Below, one piece after another: positions 27,543 to 41,499 of a stretch of DNA of 64,000 nt (position 1 is its first letter; each line of letters begins with the position of its first letter). A model generated the notes under the pieces. That model ran no database searches, was not told the DNA's origin, and saw only the letters and a list, made by a program, of their open reading frames with translations. The translations under genes were made by a program, and so were the position numbers. The stretch lies in NCBI RefSeq assembly GCF_009914755.1, contig NC_060928.1. One strand, written 5' to 3'. This DNA is from the human T2T-CHM13v2.0 reference genome, Homo sapiens.

Positions 27543-27793
27543 TATTTATAGCTCTTTGCAGGTAAAGCATTATATCTCTTGCCTCTATTTTATTTACAAA
27601 GGCTATTTTCTTGCCCATTTTAAGTGCCCCTAGTCTGTGGTTCTATACCATCCTATGTATAGCTTTATCATAGCACTTTCTATACCTGCTTCCTTTACTG
27701 AACTCTAAGTTCTTTAAAGTAAGGTATCACAAATTAATCTCATATTTACACTGAAGAAGGGAGGAAGGATGGAAGGAAGAAAAAGTAGCACAT

Positions 27794-28101
27794 GGCCCGG
27801 TGCAGTGGCTCACACCTATAATCCTAGCATTTTGGGAGGCCAAAGCAGGTGGATCACTTTAAGTCAGGAGTTCAAGACCAGCCTGGCCAACATGGTGAAT
27901 TCCTGTCTCTACTAAAAATACACAAATTTGCCAAGTGCGATGGTGTAAGCCTGTAATCCCAGCTACAAGGGAGAATGGGGCATGAGAACAGCTTGAACCC
28001 AGGAGGCAGAGGTTACAGTGAGGCAAGATCATGCCACCACTGCACTCCAGACTGGGCAACACAGCAAGACTCTGTCTCTTAAAAAAAAAAAGAAAGAAAG
28101 A
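27794..28101 (+). mobile_element. AluS within LAMTOR3 3'UTR region
   Basis: Full Alu; TSD aaaag(t/c)agcaca. Confidence 0.92.
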
Positions 28102-28436
28102 AAAAGCAGCACAGCACCTAGCCAATTGCCTCACTGCACAATTCTAGGGATAACAATCACACATATTCTATGTGAAAGGCAACTCCCAGAGCATAGAAAT
28201 ATGATGAGACATGAATGGTGCTTCTTAGAATTGTGCAATGTGATAGCTCGGCTGACTGGCACACAGGTGCTCAATGCATATGTACTGAACTGATCCAGGG
28301 AAAAACTGATTGTCAAAGAGCCTAGAAAGAAATTAACTCTGAATGATAGACTGCATTCCTGAACATAAAGGGTATATTCTAGAACTGTAGTACCTCTTTC
28401 ATGGAGATTAAATTAGGTTCATGCCTGAGGTTTCTT

Positions 28437-28522
28437 GGTTTCTTTTCTTTTTTGTTTTTGAGACGGAGTCTCTGTTGCCCAGGCTGGGGTGCAGTGGCAC
28501 AATCTTGGCTGACTGCAATCTC
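28437..28522 (-). mobile_element. 5'-truncated Alu (3' end of right arm only)
   Basis: T-rich tail + gagacggagtctctgttgcccaggctgg...; TSD aggtttctt. Confidence 0.85.
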
Positions 28523-29476
28523 AGGTTTCTTTTCCAGTTAACAGTTCATACTACCGTAAAACAATCTCCAAACCAATACCTACAAGAAACACTCATTATT
28601 TATTCATGTGGCTGAAAGAGTATATTAATTATGTTTAGATTTTTGGAAAAAGTCTGAACAAAAAAAGGACCTATACAGTGCTCAAACTATATTTTTAAAA
28701 ATACTATTTTATTTTTACTCACATATGAAAAAAATGGCTGTACTATCATGTTTACATACATACTAACATTGGAAACAGAATAACGAATTGTATTTAAATT
28801 TTATGAAGAACACACAAACATTAAAACACTGATTGGTTACAGAAAGCAGAGTTTGAGGAAAAAACATTAGCTATAATTTTCATTTTCATTAAAGAGCAGC
28901 ACCCTCTGAGAATAATCAAACTGATTAGTAATATTCATCTATACTGCAAAATAATATGTACAAAGGAAAGTTAGTGATTGTACTGATTTTATTACTTTTA
29001 CCAAGCCATTTTATGTTCCTCACTCAATGCAAAGAAATAAAACATAATCTGAAGAAAAATATGTCCTTATTATTATTCACAATAAAAAGTTGGCTTTATT
29101 CTGCAAGCCTGGGCATATTGTACAATTGGCAGCACTTAACGGCTCAAGTGGATCAATGTACCAGTTTGATTCTGATCCACTGAATAGAATCTCTCATCCA
29201 TATCTGGTGACCAGACTAACTCCATGGGAGCTGTGATAGACTGAACCATTTCTGTGGTATCCCTAGATCTCACTAAATAAGAAAGACCCTACACCAGAAA
29301 ATATAGCAACTGATCTATCTATAAATTACATCTATATGCTAGCTCTTTAGTATAAGTTGGAAAAAGGGGCCCTTTCTTGAGCACATGGATAAAAGTATTA
29401 TTGTAGTCTAAAGATTGCTGGATTGATATTGTGTTGTTATAATGAAGATAAGGTACACACTGAAACCACTGTCAGA

Positions 29477-29550
29477 TTAAGAAACTTCCACAACTTGTCT
29501 CAGTTCTTCAAACAATGGAGCAAGTTCCTTTTCTAGGCTGACAATTAGTC
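29477..29550 (-). CDS. LAMTOR3: LAMTOR3 (MP1/MAPKSP1) last coding exon
   Basis: Minus strand: tttattttag|GA CTA ATT GTC ... GTT TCT TAA; (G)LIVSLEKELAPLFEELRQVVEVS*. Confidence 0.97.
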
Positions 29551-29690
29551 CTAAAATAAAGAGATTAAGAAAATTACATGTTAGAAAAATGTTCCTCAAA
29601 GCCTGAAACTCAGATTTCCTTATGTCCAAAATACATAGTTACCAAAAGTAAATCAGAACATAGTTTATTTCCCATGACTGAAACAAAATA

Positions 29691-29909
29691 CAGGTTGAAT
29701 ATCCCTTATCCAAAATGCTGGGTATCAGAAGTGTTTTGAATTCTGGAATATTTGTACAATACTTACTATTTGAGCATCCCTAACCCAAAAATCTCAAATA
29801 TGAAATGCTCCAGTGAGCATTTTCTTTGAATGCCATATTAGTGCTCAGAAAGTTTCAGACTTTAGAATGTTTTGGATTTCAAATTTTTGGATTAGGGATG
29901 TTCAACCTG
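29691..29909. mobile_element. Tigger4a/MER46-type MITE
   Basis: TA|caggttgaatatccctt ... agggatgttcaacctg|TA. Confidence 0.85.
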
Positions 29910-31544
29910 TACTATAACCCTAAATAAAGCAACCAAAAACTTTGTAGTCATTAATAAGTTTATTTTCAGCATCTATTACTAAAGTGAATGAGTGAAAAAT
30001 ACTTATATATTAGGAAATACAGAATAAATTATATGCACTATAATTTGTTAAGAGTTTTGAAAGGAAAATCTTAATTTATACCTTACTGCTTCAAAATTTG
30101 CCTTGACTCAGAAATAATACATATGATTTTTACTAAATAAAGCATACTTTTGTCTCTAAGCAAATTTTAACAGATTATATCAAAAGATAGGTGCTTCTAT
30201 ATTGAACAAAGAAAATCAGAAATTTATTTTTATAAATTTGACAAAGCTAAGACATAAATAAATATTTCAAATGAAAAAATATTTTAAAAATAAATGGTAG
30301 AGTACAAAACACACTGGAGTTCAATGATGAACCTGGGAGATAAACATCTAGAAATAAGCATATCTTGCTTCTCCTTAGTTTACTAGAGTGAAAGGCTATC
30401 TGCCTCAAACAGAGCCTGTTTTATGTTCAAACAAATAAAGATCTTTCTCTGTCTTATAGAATATAAAAAGCATCTGAACTCTCAAGGAAAGGGTCCAAGT
30501 ACTAAAATATTGTTCTGTACATTATCATAGTATATAACAACTGGTGACTTAGTATGTGATGATAGGTGATTTATCAAAACTCAGATTTAGTATATTTCCT
30601 AAATATACTTAAAATCTTAACACCATTACTATCCTATATAATTCAGAAAGTGTTTTTACATACAGTATTTTACAGATTCCTAAAATGTTTTGAAATGGAA
30701 GAGATCTAATAGATCATCAAATCTAAACCTCTCATTCTAAAGATGAGGTATCTAAGAACAGGCTTCAGTGACATAGCTAGAAGAACTTGCTCAGTTTGGA
30801 AGAAAAAACAAATAGAAAAAAATATATTACAATTCTCAACAGCAATCAAATCTAAAGGAGACAGACCTTTTAATAAAAATCCTACTTTATATAAAATGAA
30901 GTAAAAAAATTACAACCAAGTGAATAGTCATTATTTTACACATAAATATCCAGTGAAGGTATTGGATACAATGGAATTTTACTATTCTCTATAAAGGGTA
31001 CAGCTTCCTAGCATTTGTTCTCAAATTCTTCAGTTCTCAAGAAGAGTGAGACTATGTTCATCCTATTCATGCTCTTTAAATTCTCAATCACATTCATTTT
31101 CCCCATTAGGTAAAATTTAAAAAATTCTAATTTAATAGATTGGTCTGTAACTCATCGATCATTTTAATGCGTTTTGTTGGGTTATCTTCACCTTGTTTTC
31201 TTAAACTGCTGTAATGGAAGCAAGATGTAGCACTCAGATAACATTTAATTTTCCTGTCTCCAAAAAAAAAAAAAAAAAATCACTTACCCATACACTGTCT
31301 CATTTGAACTAGAAAATAACATTGTAAGATGGAGAAAGCATATATTATCTCCATTATACAGATATGGAAACCAGGATTCAGAGAAATCACTTTTCCCAAG
31401 ACATGGAAAAAAGACAGTGAAACTGGGCCACAAGTTCAAGATTTTTGGCTCTAAATCTACTATTCCTCTTAAATTAAGGTATGGTAATTAAATTAATTTT
31501 TTAAAATTAAGGATTAAAGTGATATTTAAGGTCATTAAACACAC

Positions 31545-31608
31545 CTGTATTGGCACTGCTGCTGGCTATGAAACTCACCACCAAAGGTAAACGATTAAAT
31601 TGAACCAC
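31545..31608 (-). CDS. LAMTOR3: LAMTOR3 exon 6
   Basis: tttttag|GTG GTT CAA ... AAT ACA G|gtgtgt; VVQFNRLPLVVSFIASSSANT; 64 bp. Confidence 0.97.
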
Positions 31609-32137
31609 CTAAAAAGAAAATAAGAGCCAAATAATATGTTGCATTATGAAAAGGTAGTATAACTAAACTGAAATGTCTTAATCTTTCAAAAACTTTAAAA
31701 TCATCAATGTTTTAGCCCAACATTATGGTATTATATTATGAAACAGAAAGGAACTTTATATTTCAGTGAATATTTCCATAAAACAGAATTAGTGATGATC
31801 TCTTAGAGACATTAATACCATTTGGCCTGGAAAGTTTTTAAGGTGAAACCATATCTTCATCTTTTTATCTCTAAAGCCCAACAGAATATCAATTACATTG
31901 TAAGGACTTAATAAATAGTTGATAATTAAATGGATAAATGCAGTATTTCTCAGTTATTCAAGTAGTTTTATCTTCATGATATTTTCTGGTTCTTGTGTAT
32001 TACTGTAATTTAAATTAAATTTAAAGTAACTTTAAATCAACTACCTTCAAAAAAAAAGAAAACTTAGTTTAAACCTAATCCTTATTGATGAAATTAAAGG
32101 TCAGATGGTTTGGTTATCTTTTACTTAATACACATTA

Positions 32138-32473
<336 letters not shown>

Positions 32474-33024
32474 TTACATCAATTGATTAGGAAACATCGC
32501 TCTAAAGCACAAGGAATTAATTTAGTCTTAAGAAAATGTAGCTTGAGATCAAGAGACATGCAAAAACTAAAAACTAACTTCTTTCCCACAAATAATAATC
32601 TCATTTATTACATATATATATTTCCAAAAAATGAAGGAATTAGCAGCAAGAGCAAATTTAATAAACTTTCAAGGAAAGTTTTTTTTATCTGTTACTACAA
32701 CAAAAAAAGTGTGTCAGCTGAGAAATCACAGTTGTTTAGCTAACGGCACCATCTACTGGAGGTAACAGTGACCTGACATACTCTTTTTAGGATAACATGT
32801 ACTTTATTAAATCACTTAATTACTTTTCCATAGTAATTATTTCCTGGTATGAAATGTGAAGAAAATTACTACATTTTAATACAACCAATTTGAAGGCTAA
32901 AATTTTACAATTTCATCCTCTTCAAAACTAAAATTGAGAACTATAACACAAACTATTTTATATATATAAAAGGCACAAAAATGACAACTGAAATCAGCAA
33001 ATCATTTTATAATTATGAACTTAC

Positions 33025-33158
33025 CTGGTAGGTGTTATAGTAACAGATGATACTTTTATTTTTGGAAAGTCCAAGTTTGCTTCCTTGGTCTGTTGCAAGG
33101 GCAAAAGTGGATAAGAAACCAGGTCGCAAAGCATGCTCTGGAGCATTGTCATTTGCCA
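33025..33158 (-). CDS. LAMTOR3: LAMTOR3 exon 5
   Basis: tttttctag|TG GCA AAT ... TAC CAG|gtaagt; (V)ANDNAPEHALRPGFLSTFALATDQGSKLGLSKNKSIICYYNTYQ; 134 bp. Confidence 0.97.
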
Positions 33159-34778
33159 CTAGAAAAATAAGTGATTTAAATAAAAATTATGCAGAGGATA
33201 TGGTAGAGAGATTTACAGCCCTTTTTTTTCATAAACCTCTTTTTAAAATTGAACACAAAGGTTATGTTTCACAATATTGAAAATCATATCACTAATGGGG
33301 TCTCATCACTAATCAGGAAAAACTGCTCAATCAAAAGTTCACTGATCACAAGTAAGAGAAAAAATGCTGACTCTCACAATTTTTTTAAATTTTAAAAAGA
33401 AAACTAAATGTTTACATTTTCTTGATATCTAACTTAAAACAGATTAATCAAGTACATTTAACTGGTTATCTGAGGACTAGGCTAGAATAAACTAATGAAA
33501 AAAGTTACAAAACTTCTGCTCTTATAAAACCCACAGCAGCAGTATCTCTCATAGATATTAACAATCTGCAGCTGGTTACCTGTTTCATGTTTCTCTCACT
33601 CATTAAAAGGTTTGCATGGAGTTTGTTATATTAATGAGTGCAGGGCTCAAGGCTTTAACACAGAGATCCTCATGAAGAATATTAGAGCTGGAAAATCTGA
33701 GATTATTTTGTTCAAATCCCTCATTACGGAATTAAGAGAAGGCAAGCAATCTGTCCACAGCCATTCAACAGCCATTTTATAGTGGGTTAGAAAGCACACT
33801 GGACCACACATCAGGAGATTATGGGTTCTATTACTGTTTTGTTACTGACTCATGTCCGACTTTGGACGGCAATGTCCGAAGATTATAAACCACAGGACCT
33901 CCTTTGTTCTTATAATGTGTTTGCCAAAATTCTCCCAGAAATGGAATCAATGTGTATTACAGAAATGTTTATAATCTTTACAAATTCATGCAGTTTATTA
34001 ATAAGAATCTAAGACATAGCTAACTCTCCATTAAAACTGCTAAGAAGTCCAAGTGTCTTTGCACTTTATCACCTTCACTTATAAAATGAAAGAACTACAT
34101 TAGTTGACTTCTAAACCTCCTTTCATTTCTAAAGTCTAAAATTATCTGATATATATGACAACTCCAGGTGGAAAATTGTAAACAAAATATACAGAACATT
34201 ATCCAATCTTTAATCTTTGATAAAGCCACTATAGTGTCCCAATAAAACTAGGAACATCCATTCTCATAATACCATAATATAGAAATAGTAAAAATTGTCT
34301 GAATCCATACTGACTCTCTGTGACATCATGTTTACTTATGATCCAAATACATGGGTATTATCCTAAAACAACTAGCAATTTGATAAAATGTGTGTGTGGT
34401 ATGTATATATATACACACACACATATATATATAGTAGGGGTGTCTGTGTGTATATCTAGCTGAATACATGCTCACTCTCATCACTTAGATTTACTAATGG
34501 TTTACGTTACACTGTAAATGTCTTTAATGGGAAATGGGTCTGTGATAAATCCATGCTTAAACTCTAGATGTTAATATGATACATGTGATATATAATACAT
34601 TGTAGATTCAAATTCAACCTTCAACATACAAAAGCAAACACTTTCCCCAATACTAAGACCATCTCCCAAATTTACTAAAATGAATTTTATGTTTGCCTGC
34701 TGTACTACTCAGATGTAAATTACACACATTTTTAGTCAAAAGCAAAGAAGACATTTGCATTTAAATGTTCAGTTTTAC

Positions 34779-34837
34779 CTTTAATAACAGGTACTCCATC
34801 TCTATCTGACACAACAATGGCATGGAGCCCTTCAACA
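34779..34837 (-). CDS. LAMTOR3: LAMTOR3 exon 4
   Basis: tttttctag|T GTT GAA GGG ... ATT AAA G|gtaaaa; VEGLHAIVVSDRDGVPVIK; 59 bp. Confidence 0.97.
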
Positions 34838-36374
34838 CTAGAAAAAGAAAATAGTTAAAATATAAAAAAAGTTAAAATATAAAATTTTAAAAAGTTAAAA
34901 TATAAAATATTTCATTTTCTCAAACTATGCACCTCAAAGACATAATAATTCTCATGTATTTTCTGAAAAACCACAGACCCCAAAATTCTCCCAGAAATTG
35001 AATCAATGTGTATTATAGAAATGTTTATAATATTTACAAGTTCATGCAGTTTATTAATAAGAATCTAAGACATAGATAACTCTCCATTAAAACTACTAAT
35101 GAATGATCAGTCCATGGTACACAAAAGCATGAAAGATTATCAGCAGGGGCTATAGTGACAAAAAACAGCCTTTTTCCTTTTTCATTCATGCAAATATTAA
35201 GCGGCCAGTATTTGTGGCACTTAATACTTTGATACTATGAAAAACAGAAATAAGCACAATCATTGCCTTCACATGGCTTCCAATGTAAAAAGTGAATGTG
35301 TTACCAATAAAATAATCTCACAATAACAAACGTAAAACTAAAACTGGTGGCAAGTGTTGTTAAAAAGTTCATAGGGATATGAGAACCTAGAAAAGAGGAG
35401 GCTGATGCAGACAGACAGTGGGCCAGAGAAGGCTTTCCTGGAGGCAGTAATACATCAGCTGAGACGTTATGGCACTAAGTGAAAAGACGTGGAAAAACTG
35501 TTCCTGGCTGAAGAAACAGGGCAAAAGGAATGCAGGCTATGCAGTAATCCTTTCAGCCATGCTTACGTAAGAAGTAGTAAGCAGAACGGTCAAGCTATAG
35601 CTCTAAAGTTAGAAAGATCTGGGTTCCAGTCCAGGCTCTGCCACTTATTATTTATGCTATCTTGGGCTAGTTATGAAACCTTTACAAGCCTCAGATTAAC
35701 AATTTGAAAATGGGAATAACTGTACTTACTTAGATACTGTGAAATTTAATAATACAAGGCATGTAAAGTGTAGGCTGGCACATAATTCAAAAATATCACT
35801 TATTAACTAATACCAGTGGTGTCAATTGTGCACACTGACAATGACATAATTTATCACTAAAGTACTAAGTTATCAGTGAGAATCCCTGGGAAATTAGCAA
35901 TTAAGAAACATATGGTAGAGCACAAATATACTGTGTTAAAAAATATAAGGTGACACTCCTCGACTTTCAACATTTATGCAAAACCCTTTCATTGTTAACA
36001 TAAATCTTATAGTCCTGTAACTATCTTATGGTATCTATAAACTACAACTCAGAGATATGTTCAATGTCCCTACAGCAACCCGGAATGATCTATTCTTTGT
36101 GTTAACTTTAATGTATTAACTAAGGAATAAGAAATACTTATATTAACCTAATGTTTAAATACTGACATTAAATTTTTTAAAATCCCATTGTCAAAAACTT
36201 TTAAGTCAGAAAAGTGTTATTAAATATGAATGGAAAATGTTACAAACAAAATCATTTGTCTTCCTTACATTAAAAATAAGAATAAAATAACTTTATAAAT
36301 GACTTTTATACTATTTTTATCCTATTATTGGCATGATTTCCTAATCATTCAATCCTAAACTTATTTATAGATTA

Positions 36375-36694
<320 letters not shown>

Positions 36695-38754
36695 AAGATT
36701 AATACATAAAATAAATATATTCTTCTAAGTTAAAAACTAGGTTATATAAAACATATACTACAGATATTTGTACATAAGCCAATTATTTTGTGCAGTTACC
36801 AAAAGCAACATCATTTGAAACAGTAAAGCATTACAAATCCAACTGTCCATCAAGAAGGACAAGGTAAGTTATGATATACACCTACAAAGGAATACTCTGG
36901 AATACTCTGCAGCCATGAGAAAGAGGAAGTTCTCTATGTACCAGGAAAGATTACTCTCAAAGTTACATTCTTAAGTGAAAAAATACACAGTTTAGAACAG
37001 TGTATAGAAGAAGCAATAAATTATGTACCAAAATATGCAGGCATATGTGTATGTTGTGTGTATAAATACGTGTATATACATGTCTGCTCATAGGTACATA
37101 AAATATCTCTGTAGGTAATGGTGGGTGCCTCTTTGAGGGGAAACTGTGCATGTGGCTGGAGAGGAAGGATGGGCAGCTTCTCACTCTATGTTCTTCAGTT
37201 AAGTCTTGAATCTGAACTCTGTGAATGTACTACTTACCCCCAAAATAAATTAAAAAGCAGGTAAAAAGAGGACCACAAAAATGTTTAGAAAAATTAGTGC
37301 CACCACAGGTAGCTTCTTTTTTTAAATTTCCATGGAAATTACTTTAAATACAACTAATGCTCCAAAGAAAATAAAAGGACTTTCTTTTTGATGGACTTCA
37401 CAGAGAAATGAATCAAGAAAGTAGAAAAATTACTTACACTCTTAAGTATATAATTTTAGAAATCAGGTCACAAATATAAAAGCTGTTTTCAATTCTACAT
37501 ACAATGCGCAAAGAGTAATATAAATAGAATTTACTAATAATTAAAAATAACTGGCTCATTAAGAGATACTACACTTTTAGAAGAAATGAATTAAATTTTG
37601 TGAAATATTCTGAAGAAATCTAAACCTTAAGCTTACTAAAACAACCATTTTTTTCTAAAAACAAATGTTGCATTACTAATCAAAGACATCGGATTTAGTT
37701 TTATACACATAATTATGAAATATTTGGTTGTTTTAAAACATACAAAGTGGGATTATTAAAGCCTGAGACTGCTTTGGGTCACAACCAGATTTTAAATTGC
37801 AAATACAAGAACGATATTTTGCAGAGAATTCAAAAAACGCACAAAAACACACATTCCATTAGTATCCGTAGCTGGCTGACTTTGTTACTGAGAGGCACTG
37901 AGGTACAACAGTTAAAAGCATGAATCCATGGCTCTGAAGCAGGATGCCTGCATCCAAACCCATACATCTAGCAACAAATCAAAGCGTATATTCTACTATT
38001 CTTCATAAATGTTCAAAACATTATTATTTCTTCATTATTACTGTTCTGGGATGCAATAAGCCTATTTTCAATAAATGATATAATGAGTTGAACTGGCTTT
38101 TTTTCATTATTAAAAAAAAAACTGACAGTACTAATACCTTTCCTGCCATTATGAAAGATTTTCATAAAGCTTTTAACAAATATCCTTTAACTGAATTTAT
38201 TTCTTGGATAAGCACAACAACCTGATATTTCCCCTTTTGTTAAAAGATAAGAGACATCTAAATTCAAAGAAGAAGCAAGCATTTACTTTCCAACTATTTT
38301 TGATCAACATTAGAACTACTCAGTAATATAATAAATACTTTTGGTATTATTCTCTAATTCCTTTACACAGACAGCTTCATCATATCCAGTGTCACACGCT
38401 ATTATGATTTTGAGAGCACACTTAATAGTTAAAATGAGATCCCCATTGTCTGAAACATTTTTATTGCTTATAATCACAGATGATGTAATTAGAATCAATT
38501 ATTGCTTTATTAGATCTCCAGGTGACTAATGAGTATCTTTCTGGTCGGTTTATAACTTAAGAACATTGAATGCAATTTTGCTGTTTCTTCAATAAGAGAT
38601 GCTAACACTCAAAAGAGGACTGTAAATCACTAAGACTTCTAAGTGAATTAACTATGTACTATTAACTATTTCATCATATCACCAGCGTAGTGGGGTATCT
38701 CTCCGTCCCAATTTGAGCGCCCTTTCATTACGCTAAGGTAACTACAGAAAAACA

Positions 38755-39425
38755 CAGAAAGCCCTCATTTTGCATAGTTCCAATATGCACATTTTAGTTA
38801 CTATGGTTAAGTAATACCACTCCCTGCAGAAGAGCACAGGTCAAATTTTAGTTAGCATGGCATAATACCTCAATAACTACGTAAAGTATAAACTTTTCTA
38901 ACTCTTTAGTCCACAAATCACTACATAAATAATTATGTAATTAACAGATGCACACTGTCATCAGTAACCAGCCACATCATTTCTTTCAAAGTATGTTGAT
39001 GGTTGGTCACTGTGCATCTGTTATGCAGCTCATGCAGAGATAGCAAAGCATGTAGTTTTGTACCTCCTTGTCTCCCAATGATAAAGTATGTGACATTTAG
39101 AAAAAGAGATAATAAAAAGAGGAAACTGGCCAACAAAGACGAAATACAGCAAAGAAATGAAAAGTAATAATGCTGAAATTTCAAATAGAAATGCTGAATT
39201 TCAAATAGAAAGTAAAGAATTATAGAAGAAACAGATGACCAAGGGAATGCTGACACTATCGCTCTAGATACACAGAGAACTCAGTGAAGGCAAACTTATT
39301 GACATAAATGAGGAAAGCGGTTGTGACGAAAATTTTCCAGAGGACGTGAGGCTGGCAAAAAATATTCATATTAAAGGAAATCTCAGAGATACTTCACAAC
39401 ATGGAAAATACAGACAAAATGCTTC
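38755..39425 (+). mobile_element. Ancient Tigger-family element (Tigger13a-like)
   Basis: gccctcattttgcatagttccaatatgcac start; internal inverted repeat aacagatgcac...gtgcatctgtt; decayed transposase-like text; subfamily from memory. Confidence 0.65.
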
Positions 39426-39482
39426 ATAAAATTAACATATGGCATATAGAATTTATTCAATAACAAATTAAAAATTTCTTAC

Positions 39483-39517
39483 CTTGGTAACTTTTTATAC
39501 AAGAATCGCTTTAGGTC
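39483..39517 (-). CDS. LAMTOR3: LAMTOR3 exon 3
   Basis: ctctctttcag|GAC CTA AAG CGA ... CCA AG|gtaaga; DLKRFLYKKLP(S); 35 bp. Confidence 0.97.
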
Positions 39518-40148
39518 CTGAAAGAGAGCATTAAAAAATAATGTTGTAATAATAGGCCTTCCACTGTTTTCTAGATCCTGTCCTATCCAAATTTTAAGGA
39601 ACTTCAGTTATCATTCATAACCTTTCTTGCTGTGTTTTATCTTTCTCTGTCTGATTTGGATGTTTACTAGTCACGCAACTTGGAGTAAGTTAACCAACCT
39701 TTTTTCGCTAAGCTTATTTCATTATTTGTTGAATAGGGCTAATATAGAACCTACATCATAAAAGTGTTGTTAAAAGTTTATTGAGAAGATGCATGGATTA
39801 GCATACCTAGAAATGGGAAACACATTTTAGCCATAAAATTACATCATAATTTTCATACTAGTGTTTTACATCCTGTTGCTATTGTGTTCACTTGAGAAGA
39901 CGTTATAAACACCTTTCCATGTTCAAAGATAGACTTTCCACCATCATCTTAATGGTCTTGGGTAAGGTGATATGACCTCTGTAAGACTGTTGTCTCACGT
40001 GACTATCACATTATAAAAATATGCCTTCCATTGTTTCATTATTTGTTGAACTCACCTACTCAACAAATAATGAAACAGTGTAAGGCATATTATTATAACG
40101 TAATTTTTAAAATATTTTGTTTAAGGACCTAAAATAAATTCTATATGA

Positions 40149-40523
<375 letters not shown>

Positions 40524-41437
40524 TAAGACTAAAGAAGTAGAAGACTATTTTATTTTTCTAAGCTGGGGCTCACTGCAACTTCCAACTTCTGGGCTCAAGC
40601 AATCGTCTCGCCTCACTTCCAGCATAGCTGTGACTACAGAGGTATCAATGCGCCTGGCTGATTTTTAAATTTCTTTTTGTAGAACGGGGTCTTGCTATGT
40701 TGCCCAGGCTGATCTTGAACTCCCGGCCTCAAGTGATCCTTCCATCTCGGCCTCCCAAAGTGCTGAGATTACAGACTAAGCAACCGCATTGGCCAGAAGA
40801 CTATCTTATTTTGTCTCATTACACTCTCTTATCCCAGGAATTTCACTGACAATTTAGGTATCAATTTTGACCTCACATGGATTAATCAGGTATCTCTTGT
40901 TTTGAGCATCCAGCACTTACTATTCTCCAAACCCGACTGATCATTTTATCCTCCTACACACACACACACACACGTTACCATGTTTCTAAAGAGGCATGGG
41001 TTAGAAATCATCGTAAATTGCTACAATAAACCAAATGAGATATTGTTATCACTTACTGGAAAAAAGTATTGTGGGTACATGTCCTACTGACCAAATTCTG
41101 ACAGGAAAAGCAGCAAACCATCATTCAGAATTTCAAATGGTAAATATACAGAGCCTCTCTTATGCCCCAGCTGGACTGGGGAGTAGGGAGAACCTAATTT
41201 TCTCAGTCTCAAGCACCTTAGTGTCCTACACCCCCATTCGAGGCAGAAACTCAGGATCCTGCAAATTCATTCATATTAGTCTCCCACTTCAGATATCAGA
41301 GAAAATAATTAACTGGGATGGGTGGGGCTGGGAGGATCAAAACAAATTTCTGTTTGGGAAGTTCTACCTCTCCCCGCTCAGTATGCCCCTCAAAATTCCC
41401 CACTCTCCCCTTCCTCTTATGTAGGGGTGTCACTCAC

Positions 41438-41446
41438 ATCCGCCAT
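41438..41446 (-). CDS. LAMTOR3: LAMTOR3 start of CDS (MAD) within exon 2 (41438-41483)
   Basis: tttctcttccag|GCGTGG...CATC ATG GCG GAT|gtgagt; the six coding parts sum to 375 nt = 124 aa + stop. Confidence 0.95.
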
Positions 41447-41499
41447 GATGAACCCCCTTCTCTCGCAGGATCAATCTCCACGCCTGGAAGAGAAACTCC

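Larger units (their letters stand above)
25850..29476 (-). other. LAMTOR3: LAMTOR3 3'UTR, long form (approximate end) with proximal poly(A) options
   Basis: Minus-strand AATAAA at 29095-29100, 28599-28604 and 25870-25875; the distal end is inferred. Confidence 0.55.
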
